Origin: Amoebophrya sp. A120
Lineage: Eukaryota > Protista > Dinoflagellata
Assembly: GCA_905178155.1 (NCBI GenBank)
Contig: CAJINV010000011.1
Location: forward strand, 2,251,331 to 2,315,330
Length of the DNA stretch: 64,000 bases
Direction of reading: 5' to 3'
The position numbers were made by a program, and so were the translations under genes. Positions 11,998 through 23,595 of the stretch are shown here, piece by piece. A model generated the notes under the pieces. That model was not told the origin of the DNA, ran no database searches, and saw nothing but the letters and a program-made list of their open reading frames with translations. How positions within the stretch are numbered: the stretch's first letter is position 1; each line of letters starts with the position of its first letter.

Positions 11998-12733
11998 ATG
12001 ACTGCGTCAACACACCACCTCGAGGGCCTGCTGCAAGATCTGTGGGCGGCGGTGTTCTCCACAAGTTTCAGCCCGGCACCAAGTCACCACCCCGCTTCGT
12101 CTCACGACGCCAGTGCTCTTCATCGCAAATTCCTTTCACCATCCACATCGTTTGACCAGCTGGAACCCCTCGTGCCGGAAAAGGGTCATCCGCAATTTCC
12201 GAACGTCTCAGACCCCTTGCAGATGAAAATGCAGCTGCAGCGACCCGTTCTTTGCTACCCTATGCTCTGCAAAAGTAATATCGCACTCGCTGTACTACTA
12301 ATTACAGCGGTATATGCATCATGATGACTAATCTGCTTCCTAAAAAGGTAAACCAGCATGACAATAGACTGCCGTACTCATGCTGAAAAAAAATTGTATT
12401 GCAATTTGTACTATTATGCACCACAGTACTTTTTGCAATTTCATATACCCAGTTCTGGAGCAACCTGTTCGGTCGGCGCGGGACGGCTTCGCCCTCAACG
12501 CCGCGGTCCAGGCCCAGGCGGAGCGCAAACAAGTGGCCCTGCAGGCGGGGCCTGTCCCATCAGCCCTACCGGACGTGGACCAAGCGGGGGCGAGCGCGCG
12601 CCAGGGAGGCGGCGGACACAGCTCTGCCGGAGAAACAAGCGCTGGGGCGGCACCACTGGGTGCTGCCGCGGGGACGAGTGGGGATGCGAACGTAGCAGCT
12701 GGAGGCAGTGCTGAAGGTGCTGCTGCGGGTTAA
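11998..12733 (+). CDS. Small hypothetical protein, 2 exons (11998-12260, 12451-12733), copy 1
   Basis: Removing the TIR element plus one TACCC joins the two ORFs in frame (..RPVLCYP|VLEQPVRS..). Conserved in copy 2. Confidence 0.55.
12261..12445. mobile_element. Introner, family A
   Basis: TATGCTCTGCAAAAGTA...TACTTTTTGCAATTTCATA; direct repeat TACCC at 12256-12260 and 12446-12450. Confidence 0.85.
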
Positions 12734-12761
12734 AGAAGCAAAACCGACGTCGGTGAACCGA

Positions 12762-13099
12762 CTTCCCGGCCGACCGGCAATTCTTGCCAAGTCACCAGTT
12801 TGGGTGGCCAGTCCGCGCGGAGATTCTGTGCTTCAGAGGTTACCTTGGCAATAATTCCCGGCTGACCGGCAATTATTGCCAAGTCACCAGTTTGGGTGGC
12901 CAATCCGCACCGTGATTCTGGGTTTCGGGGGTGACCTTGGCAATAATTCCCGGCTGACCGGCAATTCTTGCCAAGCCGCCAGTTTGAGTAGCCAGTCCGC
13001 ACCGTGCTTCTGGGTTTCGGGGGTGACCTCGGCAGTAATTCCCGGCGGACCGGCAATTATTGCCAAGTCACCACTTTGGGCTGTCAATCCGCACCGAGA
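12762..13099. repeat. Satellite 2, second short array at the duplication junction
   Basis: About 4 units of the same 92-bp repeat, starting mid-hairpin right after AAACCGACGTCGGTGAACCGA. Confidence 0.9.
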
Positions 13100-13927
13100 T
13101 TTCAAAATTTCGTTTTTATTCCAACGAGAAAACCGCGAAACTTCAAAATTTTATTTTTATGAGCGAACTTGCAGACACATCTTCTTAGCGGCAGGGAAGT
13201 TTGGGGCCTGCCTGTACGGACATCTATTTCCGATGCTGTTCTTTGCATGCAGCAAGAGGTACCGGAAGGATGGAGTCGTGGAGCCAGAAAAAGCTGGCCC
13301 GCTGTTGGAACATGAGTGTGGTATCGAAATCGATGCGCAGTGCCGGATGGGCACTGCTGAGCTTTGTACGGGATGTACGGAGCCGCGCCCCCGGCCGAGT
13401 GTTTTTTCCGCTCCTGTTGAATGGGAGATGCACTCTCGCGGGGTCTCCAGCTCTGTCGTGGTCGCGTCTCGCTTTAACTCTACTTGACCTTCTCGCACAC
13501 GAGAGTGTATTCGAGAGAAAGCGCGCGATCGGTGTTATAATGAGTAGAGATGGGTAGTTAGGTATATTTTGTTATATTCCCGCTTCGATCGCTATCGTTT
13601 TGTTGCTGGTCTTTTTTCAATTCGTTGAACGAACACGAAGCAAACCATAGGTGTTGGTTTTGTCGTAGTGCAGTCGCATTGTCGTTTTCTAGCGTGTGTT
13701 TTTTTGTTGCTCCTCTATGTCTACTTTTTCCTCGCATTTCTTGTGTCGATTTGAAATCGAGCGGAGGTAGCAGTCAGTACCATTCCTAGCTCGAGCTAAC
13801 GTACAACAGGACGCTTCCCCGTGTGCAATGGTTTACATCAAGAATAGAGAAGAAGGCGCCTAGGAATCGATCCAACGCAGTTTTAAGTTTGAAGGCATCG
13901 TATCTATAAATATCAAGAAAGCAAAAC

Positions 13928-15796
13928 ATGTCAAGTGCAGGGAAGGGCGGTTGCAGTTCCAGCGTGGCTGCAGCCGCGGCTGGCGACGACAACGGGAACG
14001 TGGCACCTGGTGAACGACCAGAAAACCGCAGTACAACATCTCTCCCGGTCACCATCCGAAACCTGGCCAACCACGCGGACGGCGACCTCGATGTTGTTGC
14101 ACTCATCGAAAATTGCAACACTGACGGCGCATTTATTACAGCGAAGGAGCTGAAGCGGGCCATCGCGGCTGGGATGAATGCGGCCGACAAAACGAAGAAG
14201 CAGTGCTGTGCTTCGACCCGTCCACCAGTGCACTGGGAGCACATCCGGCTTGCGCAAAAAGTGGAAGACAATAACAGCGCGGACCCGCAGACCGATGCCA
14301 CCTCCGGAGGTGAAGACATTGTAGTTGGAAATGAGGACGAGAATGAAAACAGCCCGTGTCGGTCTCCGTCAGCTAGTCGCGGTCTCAACTTAGAACCCGT
14401 AACGGATGACGAGAAAACGTTTGAGCGCAGTCGCGAATTTCTTGAAGCCGACATCCTGTACTGCTACATCGATTTTAAGCCGTTTGAAGACCGCGGTGCG
14501 CTGAATCACGCGGTCAACCTGCTCTTGGAGGCGCGGATGGAAATAGATACGTACGATACGTTGTTTCCAATGACTATCGCCGAAAGGCGCCGGTATGAAG
14601 CCGCGCGAATGCCGGTTCCAGCACTAGCGGAGATCAACACCGCGTCGGGGGCTATCATGGAACAGTGTAAGACCATCGCCGATGTGGAGGAGATTTACGG
14701 GCCGGCGCGAGTATGGGATGTGTCCCAACTCGAAAGCTTGGCGCTTTTGTTTTGCCTTCATGGCACAAACAGATTCAACTTAGACATCTCGGGATGGAAC
14801 GTCGCAGGAGTCAAGGACTTCTACGGCATGTTTTCCGGGTGCGAACAGTTTAACCAGCCCATTGGCGCCTGGAATATGGGATGCGCCGAAATAACCTGCA
14901 GCATGTTTCGTGACTGCTGCAAGTTCAACCAGGAGCTCAACGGCTGGGACCTCCGCAATGTAGACGACTTTGCCGACATGTTTTGCATGTGCACGGACTT
15001 CGCGATTTCAAACCTGGTTGCCTGGGACACGACTGCCGTCCAAGATACATCGGGGATGTTCGCCGCAAGGTCATCGAAAAATAGCTCCATCGTGGGCGAC
15101 GTGCGTGAGATTTTGGAGTCGCGCGCCCGGCCGCGACAGCGCCAGGAGCCAGACGGTACTTCTAGCAGAAGTCTTGTTTATTACAAACCCTGGGAGCTCC
15201 CGCAGCTGCGTGTGGCAGCCGGAATGTTCGGGACTGCATTAGTAGATGAGTCTCCTGCCGGCCGTATGGATGCGGCGACGCTGCGAGCCATGTTCGGCGA
15301 CGAGCATTGGAAGGCAGTGGTGGGGACCACCCGGGAGAGCCTGTCCGCCTGCAGTGCCTTCGACGCGGAAAATTACCTAGCAAGCGCGAACGGTCACCGT
15401 GCCTCGCACAACCTGTTCGTCCTTCCGAACGAGGGAGCAGAGGTGCTTTTCGATCCTTCGGTGGGTCGGTTTCGCGGGGGGCTTGCCTTCACCGTGAGCA
15501 TTCGGACGCACACGAAGATTCCGCTGACGAACTTCTGGAAGAAGTACTTACCCAAGACGGTTCTTGACAACGGATTGGTTCCCCTGCAAATTATGCCCGA
15601 GCGCGATCTCTACCACCCGATCCAGTATTCGTCTCCGCCGAATCCGAAGCGAAACAAGGGCGAACACGTCGATCCGCTATCAGCTGCAACCAAGTTTGTC
15701 GACCTGCATTCGAGGGAACCACGGATTCGTGCTCTCATGCGAGCATGGAGAAATCGTAGAAAGCAAGAGGTAATTCCAGCAGAAGATGATTTTTAG
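13928..15796 (+). CDS. DUF285 / BspA-like repeat protein, copy 2
   Basis: Translation identical to 3971-5839. Confidence 0.85.
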   Translation: MSSAGKGGCSSSVAAAAAGDDNGNVAPGERPENRSTTSLPVTIRNLANHADGDLDVVALIENCNTDGAFITAKELKRAIAAGMNAADKTKKQCCASTRPPVHWEHIRLAQKVEDNNSADPQTDATSGGEDIVVGNEDENENSPCRSPSASRGLNLEPVTDDEKTFERSREFLEADILYCYIDFKPFEDRGALNHAVNLLLEARMEIDTYDTLFPMTIAERRRYEAARMPVPALAEINTASGAIMEQCKTIADVEEIYGPARVWDVSQLESLALLFCLHGTNRFNLDISGWNVAGVKDFYGMFSGCEQFNQPIGAWNMGCAEITCSMFRDCCKFNQELNGWDLRNVDDFADMFCMCTDFAISNLVAWDTTAVQDTSGMFAARSSKNSSIVGDVREILESRARPRQRQEPDGTSSRSLVYYKPWELPQLRVAAGMFGTALVDESPAGRMDAATLRAMFGDEHWKAVVGTTRESLSACSAFDAENYLASANGHRASHNLFVLPNEGAEVLFDPSVGRFRGGLAFTVSIRTHTKIPLTNFWKKYLPKTVLDNGLVPLQIMPERDLYHPIQYSSPPNPKRNKGEHVDPLSAATKFVDLHSREPRIRALMRAWRNRRKQEVIPAEDDF

Positions 15797-15805
15797 TATT
15801 TTTCT

Positions 15806-16501
15806 TTGCATGTTGGTGCGCGTATCCGCATCATGATCCTGTTTTTGATATGCGTCGCTGATCTGTTTATAAAATTCTTGTCTTCACATTCATGGACACT
15901 TCAGGAGGAGTTGGCGCGTCAGAAGCTGAACGGGCGGCTTTCACAACGCATGAGCCTCCGGGAGTTTTTTCTGAATCAACTTCATGTTTCCGAGGAATGG
16001 TTTGACCTTGTCACGGAGCGGTTATTCCTGGTCGCGTCAGAACTTTCCGAGGTCCTGGATCTGGAGAAGGTCATGAAGCTACTGGCGGCCGATGACTTTC
16101 CCGCGGTTTGCTTGCGAATTTTTCCTGCATTTTGCCGGATCGTCAAGCTGCACCGGGAAGCACCACCGGATTACCACGAAGTGCGGTACCATGCGGTCAT
16201 GCTGGAAGACGCGGTGTGCTCAATCATCACCGCTGCGAGATTGTTTCCGGAGATCCAAAGACTCTTGCCGGGCTCCCTCGACGACAACAAGCTCAGTGCA
16301 TGGCTGGAACAGGAAGAAGTGGTGGTGAAGTGGCTCCAAAGTAGTAGTGGTCGGAGACTGCCCGCTTTTCCGATGCCCGAGTACGTCAGGGATACGGCAG
16401 ACGAAAATCCGCCGGGGCACAAGTACGAAATTGTAAAAGAAGACTTTCGACGACATGCAATTCTGGAAGATGCTCGTGGAACCCCGTTTGTCGCGGAATA
16501 A
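15806..16501 (+). CDS. Hypothetical protein, copy 2
   Basis: Translation identical to 5849-6544. Confidence 0.45.
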   Translation: MHVGARIRIMILFLICVADLFIKFLSSHSWTLQEELARQKLNGRLSQRMSLREFFLNQLHVSEEWFDLVTERLFLVASELSEVLDLEKVMKLLAADDFPAVCLRIFPAFCRIVKLHREAPPDYHEVRYHAVMLEDAVCSIITAARLFPEIQRLLPGSLDDNKLSAWLEQEEVVVKWLQSSSGRRLPAFPMPEYVRDTADENPPGHKYEIVKEDFRRHAILEDARGTPFVAE

Positions 16502-18102
16502 TCGGACGTGGTCAATGCGATGGAGCAGGCAGCTAGGTTTTGGATTTTGGAAGAATGGAAAACGCTTTTGGTAGTCGTAGAGTGTTTATTGCTGTAATTT
16601 TTTGGCAAAATGAAAATGTTGAACTGGTATTGGAATACTTATAATATGTTGCTGTAGTCCTAGTCGTGGTGAACACACGATGACAGTGAAGACGATTCAG
16701 TAAGGTATCTCCTGCTTGTACGATGAGGTAGGGCCGACGCACCTGTCAGAAGGAAAAGCGTCGACACACGGAACTACCTCCTGATCAAGATTTCGTCAGT
16801 GATTGTTTCGTTTCCGCAGTATGAAATGAAAAAGTGGAAGATTTTGATTTGTCCAAACGCGAAGATTTCGCGCTGGCAGCCGGTTCCGCTTCGAAATTCG
16901 CCTTAGGCTCAGTGAAGATGCCACTTCTTCTTTTTGGTGGCTGGTACTATCCACTACTGCAGGGAGGCTCTTGTAACTTGTATTTGTAACCAATACGCGA
17001 AGGCTCGTCTCACTTCTACGTCGATTTGGAAGCGTGGTCAGTCGGTCCAAGTTGTCGGAGAAGTAATCCAACATATGGAATGTGTTCTATCGTATCGTAA
17101 TCGTATTGTATTGAGGTGGGAGGGCTCGCATCGCGGAGATCTCGATCGTATCGTAGGACTAGAGATAGTTGAGTGATGTATGCGTATCGCGGTTCCCGTC
17201 GTTAGCGCAAGGTGTTGACTATGCATGAACATACTATCTTTTTTCCTATCATACATCTCTTGGGTTTTCGGGGTCGGATGAAGAAACAGGTAAGATCCTT
17301 CCTACTTTTCAGATGCTGAATAATAGTTAAAAATCAAAAAACAAAAAACAAGCATAAGGGGCAGATAAAGGGAAGTTCGAGGGATAGGCCGGCGGAGTCA
17401 TAGCTGAACAAGGAGACAGGGAACAAGAGTTAAAAGCGGGAAGGTAGAAATAGTATACTGATAGCAACGCGATGTGATCAGGAGCATGTTGAATATTAGT
17501 GATCTACGGATGAAGCTACAACATCAAACTGCATGACAAGTTCTTGCTTTGCATGCGGTTTCATGCTGACAGAATGTAAATTAATTTGTCATGTGCAGTT
17601 ATGAACATGTTGAAGATCATTCGAAGCCTAATAAGCAATACGCAGGACCTAATCACATAGCATGTTATCTAGTGTCATCTGTGGTTCTAGCTGTTCTCTG
17701 TGATTTCTCGTATTCTAGGCAGGTAGCTGATTCCGATTTTGACTCACTTGCCTCTCTTTTTCATGAAAAAACACAGTAAAAGGAAGGTCGGTACAGTAAG
17801 CAAAAATAGAGGACACGGACGGGGGGACCGGAACAGTAGACAGATTAGAAAGAGCTTCAATCTATACTAGTTTATGTTTAGCATCACATGGCAAAGCAGA
17901 TAGTTAGGAGGGCGCTGACAAAAACTATTCTGAGTTGCGGGGTGTGTACATGTTAAAACGAACCAGAAATAGATTGCAATCTAATCTGAGAGCAAAGAAC
18001 GAAGTAACAGGGGGGGGAACGAAGGTCAAACAATAAAATGAAGCATTGGCTCACCAAAACGTCTATCGGTGACATCATGATGTAAATGTAAATGCCAAAT
18101 AA

Positions 18103-19199
18103 TTATTTCTAGTTCGGGACGGAATAGAAGTGCAGGATGTAGACGCAGAGCAGTGGGGCCGGCACGCCCGGATAACCCTGGCTACGCGTTGCGGGCGCAA
18201 GATGCATCTACACGGAATCTACGCACCCACCGACGCTGCGGACGGAAACGACAAAGACAAGTTTTGGGCAAAAGCAACAAAGAAAATTTCTGACCACCCC
18301 GCGCGAGACATAGTGATGGTAGTGGGCGACTACAACGCGGAGATGGGAGAGCCGCAGTGGGAACCCATGCGCGCGGGCCTACCGTACACGGTAGGCCCGT
18401 GCGGCCTAACACCGGACTTCGTGCACCGGTCCGACAACGGCCGGAGATTGAAGCGACCGCAGCCATCGTGGGCTGCATGCTAAGCGACCCGGGGCAAACA
18501 GAAGACGCGGACGCAGTAAAGGGGACGCTCATCGAGTGGGGCGGAATAGACCACTCGAAGGCATGGAGACAAACGGAGCAGGCAGTTTGCAAGTTGAATC
18601 TGGGCGACCTAGTGCCCACACACCTGCTGCTGTGGGACTCCGGGCATGCGAATGTCATCGCAATGAAGAAATCGGGATGGGCAGTGCTAGACACGGGGCG
18701 GTGCATACGCCTGTCAGGGCTGGGAAACCGGCAGTACATACTAGAAGAGCACAACCGGTTTCGATGCTCGCGATGTGGCGACGTGCTAGAGGACGAGCGG
18801 GCGCTACTTTTTCACCAGACGACGGGTTTCTGTCGGGTGAACAAAAGCATCCACGAGCAGCGAACATTGCGGGTGGCGAGACAAGTCGAGGCGAAGAAGA
18901 AGCAAGAGAAAGAGGTAGAGGTGGAGCGGGCGGATGTTTGGCATGGAGGCCAGCAGATCGCCACGGTGAAAAGCTTCACATACCTCGGCACGGAGATAGA
19001 CCACCGCGGCACCACACACCACGAAGTCCAAAGAAGATGCGCGATCGCGATGGCAGCGGTCAAAGCACTGGGGAGAGTCTGGAGAGACAAAGAAATAGAG
19101 CGCCACCTCCGGGCGAGCCTCTACCGGTCCCTGTGTCTCAGCATTGCGTTATACAATGCTGAGACATGGGCGGTGACAGAAGCAGATGCGCAGACTCTC
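18103..19199 (+). mobile_element. Internally deleted non-LTR retrotransposon (RTE-like) fragment
   Basis: APE endonuclease motifs IYAPT...KDKFW...VVGDYNAEMG...DNGRRL, joined to RT C-terminal/thumb motifs VKSFTYLG...EVQRRC...LYRSLCLSIALYNAETW. The RT catalytic core is missing. Confidence 0.88.
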
Positions 19200-20972
19200 C
19201 GTCGCATTGGCTCACCAAAACGTCTATCGGTGACATCATGATGTAAATGTAAATGCCAAATACTCGCGAAGCTGTATGAAGATGATCTAAGTACTTACTT
19301 ACATCGCTCTCTGGCCTCCCACTCTACACTGGTTAAGGAATGACGTTCAAGTAGTTCTAACCTCGGGGGGTCGTATGTCTTTTCGTCAACGTCTGATGAT
19401 GATGATCGTGTACAATGAAATTACCAGCGAGTGCAACAACGATGTGCCAAACCAGAGGATGTAACGTCGTACATTGCGATCGTGTGCCGGGGAGTGTTCG
19501 CCGCTTTTTTTGTGAAGGCCCGTTGAGTAAGTACTCAACTGGAGCTCGAGTAGTTGAGTCTAATAGTTGAGTTCAAAGTCAAAGTCCTCCCTGTTTAGAT
19601 CATCAAGTTGCAAGACTTGGCGCAGGCACTTCAGAGAACATGTCACGTGTGCTTTCCTTTTCTGGGAGCCTTGTGCAGCAGTGAAAGATGGGATACTCTG
19701 CAGTGATGAGTTTTTGAATATGTACACATCAACACCTGATTTGATTCTGCGTCCTTTTCCTGCTTTGACCAAGCTTCACTTAGTACCGTGTTATTTTCAA
19801 CATCAGCTTCATTGTACGAAGAATAGCATCGCGCTGCTTGTTGGACTTTCGTTTCACAAATGTGTTGCATAAACGTTTCTCGTACTGGATAGCAAGAAGA
19901 AACTTGTCAGAAACGGAATAGAAATTGAAATACTAGGATATGCCTACACCTATGTGTCTTTTATTGATTTTGTTGGAGAGAAAAACATAATCATAATCAT
20001 ACGTTGCACGTCTGCCTTCAAGGGCTCGAGCAGGTAGGCGAACGACCTGAACCACCGGGCCAAAATATTCATTTTATGAATATGATACTGTGTGGTCGTG
20101 TTGAGAAAACTTGTGCACACACTGTCGAATCATATTTCGAATACGAAGCGAGTGCCGCTTTCACGAATGAAGTATCCGTGCTTGTCAAGACCAACAACAA
20201 AGAAAAAGACGTACGACAAAATATGGTCGTGACACAGAGACAGGGTTCAGTGCCTTTCCTAGCACCCTGCGCTTTTTTTTTTGGATACTTTGCAGTTCTT
20301 CGTCTTCTCGTCTCTTCGAATTATTCATCGATCATGATGTAAATGTAAATGCCTTCGATTATTCTTCGTCTATCGGTGACATCATGATGTAAATGTAAAT
20401 GCCAAACTAGCTGTTATCCGTGTGACCGCAGTATTTGTACTTGAGCGCAGCCGTGCCGCTTGCTGTAGCAAGGGCCACAGACTCTAGTGCAGGGGAAGGG
20501 GGGGGGGGAAAGGAGGGAAAGGGGAAGGGAGGGACCGGGGAAGGGGAACAGGGAGGGGAGGGTGGAAGCCCGAAGGGGAGGAGGCAGCCGGGGTGGAGGT
20601 GCCAAATAGAAGGAGAGAAAGCCGCAAGAACGGGCGAAAAGGAAAGGGCGCAGAGGGGCAAGGAGATGGAAACAGGGAAAAACGCTATAAAAGCAGGCGA
20701 AAACGGGGGGAAATGCGCTAAAAGGCGGTCCTACCGGGGCGGAAACAGGAATCAGGCGGCATTGCTGGGATTCCGTGGGGTTTGTGCCTAAAGGGCACGG
20801 GAGAGTCCCGGTAGAAAGATGGCTCCGGACCTGGAGTTCCCAGGCGCTTTCCGGTAAACAGGCTTGCTAAGTGCGGCGGCCTGCTTCACAGGCGGAGGCT
20901 GCCGATGGAAAATTCGTGCTCCACAGGCGGAGGGGGGGCATTGGATCCCCGACCCGGGCTCGGGTCCCCCTT

Positions 20973-21372
20973 TGTAGTTTGTTTGTGTTTTTTCAAGAAA
21001 ATCAAATCACATTGTGTATTTTGAAGAGCGTTGATGAAAAAGAACTGCTGCAACTTCGTTAGTCTAGCGCATCTCCTTGTTCAAATCGAACGACATCAAA
21101 ACCAGTTACTCCAACCTGATTGCCGATATGCTAAAATCCCATTTCCGGGGGTGTGGCCGCGATGTGAAGGAGATGAGCCAGGTGCGGGCGTGGTTCGGGC
21201 AGCCCGCCAGTATCGGCGACGGGCGGCTGGACTGGAGTGACGTGCAGCTGCGGACCTTTGACTGGACCCCGCTGCACCTGATTCTGTTCGACACGGCGTG
21301 TCTGTACCTGCAGACCTTCCGGAAAGTGTTTCTGAAGGAGGTGCACATCACGAAAGCGCAGTCCTCCACCGC
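20973..21372 (+). pseudogene. Duplicated internal fragment of the rotatin-like gene (source 28848-29248)
   Basis: Near-identical translation FKSN(D/N)IKT(S/R)YSNLIADML...ITKAQSSTAK. Includes upstream sequence that is intronic in my model. Confidence 0.92.
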
Positions 21373-21933
21373 TAAGCACATCACGAAAGCGCAGTCCTCC
21401 TGCACATCACGAAAGCGCAGTCTATCGGTGACATCATGATGTAAATGTAAATGCCAAATAACGATCGACCTCAACCACTCTTTCTCTGCCACAAAAATGA
21501 AAATACATGCGGAGGCTTGATCCGTCTTGAAATTCCTCTTTCCGTGGTCCGCTGCCGATCCGTAGCTGGTGAACTTCTACAAAAATTATTCAACTGAGTC
21601 GTCTGGCATGTACTAAATGTAAATTGATATTGCTGTGGTCCTCGTGCACGAAGGCAAGGCGTCTTCAACACGAGGCCCGCACTGTCTGAAGCTCGACTGG
21701 AGCTGGAATTGCTGTAGTCAAGTCGATCCGTACCATGTCGGTTCCGTCACTTGTTGACATGTAGTACATCATAACTCAACAACTCCTCGGCAGCAGGTTT
21801 GGTTTCTAGAGTTTTGATAGTTATTGTGTCGCAGAACTAAGCTGCGAATTCAACGCACGCCAGTGCCTCAACAGTAAATCCAAATTGAACACCCACCAGG
21901 TGGTGGTACAACGAATCAAAAGTTATTCGAAAA

Positions 21934-23595
21934 ATGTTTCAGCGACTGAAAATGAAAATCACAATTTTATTCCTTCCCGCGTTGCTCCTTGCCGGCGAGG
22001 GTTTCGCGCTCGTTACCCCCCACAAGCGCGGTGGAGGTCGTGGAAGGCGGAGGAGATTGAAGAAGGCTGCTTTGCGAAAACAGAATTTTTGCCCCCGTGT
22101 GACTGGATTCGAAAACCCAGAGGCTGCTGTAGAAGAGTTTGTTGGCCGGAATCCGGAGGCAAAGGGCAAAGTGGCGGCTTTCCGGCTTCCGGGCGAATTA
22201 CTAGCACAGCTGCAAAAGGTGGAAGCTGAGTACGCGGAGCTTGGAGAGGGTGCGCCGACGAGGGAGGTGCAAAGTTTGCAATATTTATTGGATGACGCAG
22301 ATGAGGAGTTCCGGGAGTGCTTGGAAGGGGTGAAAACCTTGCTTTTCGCGAAAATGATAGAGATGGAGTCTTCTCGTATCGGCGGCGAGTCTTCGGAAAT
22401 CGAGCGCGTTGAAAAAAAAATGAGCGCAAAAAATGACTTCTTCCGCGCTCAATTCTTGGACTCAGAAGTCAGTGGGACGCCGAGCACGCTTGACCAAACA
22501 CTCAATTCTAATTCAGATGGTGCAAGACTCGCTCGTGAGTTTTTAGACCAGTTTGGTGACTGCGGCGCTGGTAATTGGGTAGGCCCCGGACCCAAAAACT
22601 CTGCGAATTTCGAAGCGAATGCCAATATCCAAAGCTACCGATTTTGGGTCATCAAGCAACAGGATTGGAAATTGTCCTACTAGAGAATAACGTGTGCTGT
22701 TTTCACAAAAAAGACCACCACTTGTGGGGGTGAGTTCACAAGGACCGGCTTTCCTGAGAGCAGATGCGCTAAGTAATGCCGTGCGCAATTTAGTTATATT
22801 GCCCTTGCCCGCTCTACAGCGAGGCACGGGCTTTAGCGACGTGAAGCTGCTGTTGCATATACATCATAGACTGATTACCCATAAGCATAAGCATTACTAC
22901 ATGGCGAGCATTGCATGACTCAAAATTTGTCCAGGATACGTCATTCGTTCAATACGCCACAGCCGTGGCACCAAGACGGTATGCCCCAGGGCGGGCAGTA
23001 CCTGGTTCTCATCACGGTAAACACACCGGACGGTCTGGACACGCAAAAAACCGGCACATGGATTGGCACCAGCGACTTGCTTTCCGGTTCAGAAGCGTGG
23101 ATCTCGTTTCCGGAAAATGGCGAGCAAACTGGCGATGCGGCGGCACAAGAAGCGGTGGCATTGTCGGGGCCGATGAACAAGTGCCACAACAGAAAAAAGA
23201 TCTTCGGCTCCAAGGCTCGTCCGCCCTTGATAGCGGGCGATCCTGAGCTAGATCAAGAAGCTCACTTCCAGCTCGTAGGCCCGTACGAAGATGCCAAGCC
23301 GCTCTCTGACACTGGCATGAGGGGCACCGACACGCGACAAGGACCAGCAGCGGCGGAGAGCTATCTTCCGGTGCGTGATGTGAAGCAGAAACTACTCAAG
23401 ACGCCCTCCTCCTGCGACCCTCGCATGGTTCTGGTTCCGGGCCCCCCGGGCACCGTGTTGATCATCAGAAATTACGAGCTCGCACATGCGGGGCCGCAAA
23501 TGATTCTGTCCGGAAAAAAAGAATGGTCGTATGAGGAGGTTCGCGAGAAGTGTTGCGATCAACAACGCCGCACCTTGTTGCGCCTCAACATCTGA
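21934..23595 (+). CDS. Putative secreted 2OG-Fe(II) oxygenase-like protein, 2 exons (21934-22677, 22933-23595)
   Basis: N-terminal hydrophobic segment ILFLPALLLAG. Exon 2 has WHQDG (HxD)...LAHAGP (distal H)...RRTLLRL (R). Removing 255 bp between two TTGTCC repeats joins the frames. Confidence 0.65.

Noticed and set aside
17063-18042. A further ~1-kb segment left of motif copy 3 as another captured insert
   Set aside because: Size fits, but there is no motif copy on its left and its boundary is unclear, so it was left out of the array count.
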